From: a virus
Length of the DNA stretch: 64,000 nucleotides
Direction: 5' to 3' (one strand)
IMG/VR virus record: IMGVR_UViG_3300040786_000016
Of the stretch, positions 61,671 to 64,000 are shown one piece after another. The notes beneath the pieces are model-generated. The model was not told the origin of the DNA. It ran no database searches and was given only the letters and a program-made list of their open reading frames with translations. Numbering within the stretch: position 1 is the stretch's first letter; each line of letters opens with the position of its first letter. Both the position numbers and the translations under genes were made by a program.

Positions 61671-61890
61671 ATGAAAGCACACGAATTTATTGAAAAGAAC
61701 ATTGGTAATAAAGTGTATGTAACTGGTGATGGTGATTTAGCAATGTGTTATGAATTTAGGAAAATTATTTTCAACAAAACAGAATTAACTATTGTTAAAT
61801 TAACTAAAAGTGGTATGGCTTATTTGACTGATGATGAAAATAATTTTATTTAGTACCACCAATGAAATGTTCGTGAGGTTGGTTCTTAAA
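61671..61890 (+). CDS. Cassette-encoded hypothetical protein
   Basis: ORF bounded by GTTATAA (61653) and TTATAAC (61895). Confidence 0.6.
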
Positions 61891-62402
61891 TGTTTTATAA
61901 CGGGAAAGCTATACGATGGTTGGGAAACGTACAGACCAATTCATTGATTAAAGACTGATTAAAAAAGTACAAACTAAACTTTAAATTTAAAAATTAACCC
62001 AACTATTGTATAGCGAATGTTAGCAGTAGTTATAATACTAAACGAGATGTCAACACAAAGCACAAAATGTCTTAGATACTTTAAGAAACTCGGTATTAAT
62101 AGACCATATTGACGAGGAAGAATTAGAGATAATTGCTCAAAGCATAGTTGAAAATTTATGTATAGAACACGATAGAGCACCAAAGTGGGAATAATTACTG
62201 CTAACGTTTTGCCTATTTTCTTAGTGCGGACTTAAACAACGAAAAACTTAATTATTAAAAATATGAAAACGATGATACACAAAACCGCATTGAGCAAAAC
62301 GAGTGTTAGCACTAGTTGTGGCTTATGAAAATAATTCACTTTTATTTGTTTATTACGTTTATTATACGTTACTTTGCCATATAATATTAAAAGATAGAAA
62401 TT

Positions 62403-62890
62403 ATGTCAAATACAGAATTAATGAATTTATCAGTTGAACAATTGAGAGATTTGAACAAGAGAATTATTGAGGTTGTAAAATTAAACAACAAAGTGTTGCC
62501 TTTGTAAATAAAGAACAACTTTCAAAAGGAATGGTGGCTGAATATGTAGGTAATTCTACAAATATTCATTACAAAGAATTTGAGATTATCAAAATCAATC
62601 GAACTAAAGCCGAATGTAAATGTGTAGTAACTGGGAAATTGTGGACTATTCAAATTTGCAATTTAAAACCAACAGAAAAACAGTTGAATTATCACACTCA
62701 ATTATCAACAAAACAGAAAAACAACCTAACAATAAAAAGCAATGGTAAGAATAGAAATGCAATTAACAGAGGAAGAAGTTGCAATTATAGAACAGATTGC
62801 AAAAGAAGAAAGTCGCTCACGTAAAAGCAATGTGAAACTTACATGAGGAAGATGATTTCTGATTATAAACGTAAACGTAGCAATTAGCGC
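62403..62890 (+). CDS. Two-gene cassette: SH3-like small protein and a ribbon-helix-helix-like peptide
   Basis: MSNTELMNLS...GMVAEYVG...; MVRIEMQLTEEEVAIIEQIAKEESRSRK; internal TACTTTG promoter-like box. Confidence 0.45.
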
Positions 62891-63093
62891 TAACGTTTTG
62901 CAGCTACAACGGTCAAGCCTAACCGTAATAAAACTTCGGCTTGATAAGTTGTAACTGCTGTTACCACTACCGTTGATAGCAAACTTCCTCATACACCTTG
63001 TTATACACAGTGCGGATTATTATAAAGAAAATTTAATTAAAAAAATATAAAATTATAAAAAATTATTTATTAACAGATTTTAATACTGAACGA

Positions 63094-63430
63094 TGGAAAG
63101 GTATTAATTTAGAAAGTGTGAAAACGCAAGTAGAAAATTTGAATGAAAAAATTAATAAAATTGGATGTTTATTTGGTGAAATAGGAAATCCAGAAACGTT
63201 TGACATTTCATTATCAAGAGCATCACATTCAATTAAAAATTTAACAGTAGTAGATAGTAAAGTTTATGGTGATGTTGAATTTTTGAATAATGATAACGGA
63301 AAACAAGCAGACAATTTTATTAATAATATGGATTGTAGATTTGGTATAAAAGTACAGGAACATCAGAACAATATAAAGATGGTGAAATAGCTATTCATTC
63401 AATTTTTACTTGGGATGTAATCAACTCCTA
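63094..63430 (+). CDS. Cassette-encoded hypothetical protein
   Basis: ORF 63118-63390 plus flanks, between GTTATAC (63000) and GTATAAC (63478). Confidence 0.55.
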
Positions 63431-63556
63431 ATAATTTTATTGGATGAGCTTGATTAGAAGTAGAGATGTAGCATTGTGTATAACGGTTTGCATCTTGTGG
63501 AAGTTGCGGATGATTCAAGACTGAACATCACAAAAAAAAACCTTTAAATTAAAACT

Positions 63557-63760
63557 ATGAATACAAATAACGACCAAGCACCGCAATTACCACAAAATGC
63601 TGTTATAAGCCGTTTTGTTTCTGTAAAATTAAGCAGAGAAATAGTAGAAGGGATGATTTCTACTTATGAATTTCTTGAATGGCAAAACAAAGGCTCTGAT
63701 GATGCAAAGGAATGTAAAAAATACTAAACGCACTTAAGAAGTCTCTGCTTTAAATGGCTT
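63557..63760 (+). CDS. Cassette-encoded hypothetical protein; start inside the attC-like loop
   Basis: MNTNNDQAPQLPQNAVISRF; GTT core at 63602 encodes the Val. Confidence 0.6.
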
Positions 63761-64000
63761 ATAACGGAATGTTGCTTCGGCTTGCTGGCTTGTAGCGCAG
63801 GTTATATTCTCGGCTTTTTTTACTAACAAATTAAAATAAATAAAATGAAACTAGAACAAAAATTTGAAGTAGTAGAGCCAAATCACGTAAATTATCTTGA
63901 AGGTTTGGTAGAAGTTGCTGATGAATATGCAATTGATTTTGCAAAATGGTGTTTTAAAATTTTGATATGACAACTACAATTGACGAATTATTAGAAATCT

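Larger units (their letters stand above)
58441..63807 (+). mobile_element. Array of attC-like sites and small gene cassettes (integron/CALIN-like), no integrase in the window
   Basis: About 12 RYYYAAC...GTTRRRY-type hairpins: 59499-59592, 59764-59891, 60154-60281, 60469-60570, 60914-61052, 61261-61377, 61545-61659, 61895-62025, 62199-62311, 62888-62966, 63478-63608, 63759-63807. Confidence 0.75.

Overview
Strongly AT-rich, almost entirely plus-strand, gene-dense segment that reads as part of a very large (jumbo/huge) phage genome. Recurrent TAnnTTTG promoter boxes point to a Bacteroidota host. The sequence has many single-base indels, mostly in homopolymers, so most genes appear as split ORFs; I joined them by eye and their ends are approximate. 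Contents: about 29 tRNA or tRNA-like genes in several clusters; NAD salvage and ADP-ribose genes (NAMPT, NadM-Nudix, Prs, Sir2, macrodomain); RNA/tRNA maintenance enzymes (Thg1, 2H phosphoesterase, HAD, nucleotidyltransferase); DHFR; an ABC transporter module with an OmpA-fused binding protein; a T5 A1-like protein; and a compact cas3-cas7-cas5-cas6 locus with a 15-repeat CRISPR array but no cas8 or cas1/2. Two systems stand out. (1) Three tRNA operons each sit behind a short leader peptide, an antiterminator strand and an intrinsic terminator. Each leader's central run of codons matches the amino acids of the tRNAs downstream (L/V/C; F/D/A/E; K/T/M/Y/Q/P/G). This looks like ribosome-mediated attenuation that makes replacement tRNAs on demand. 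(2) The last 5.5 kb is an array of small gene cassettes separated by integron attC-like hairpins, with no integrase in the window.
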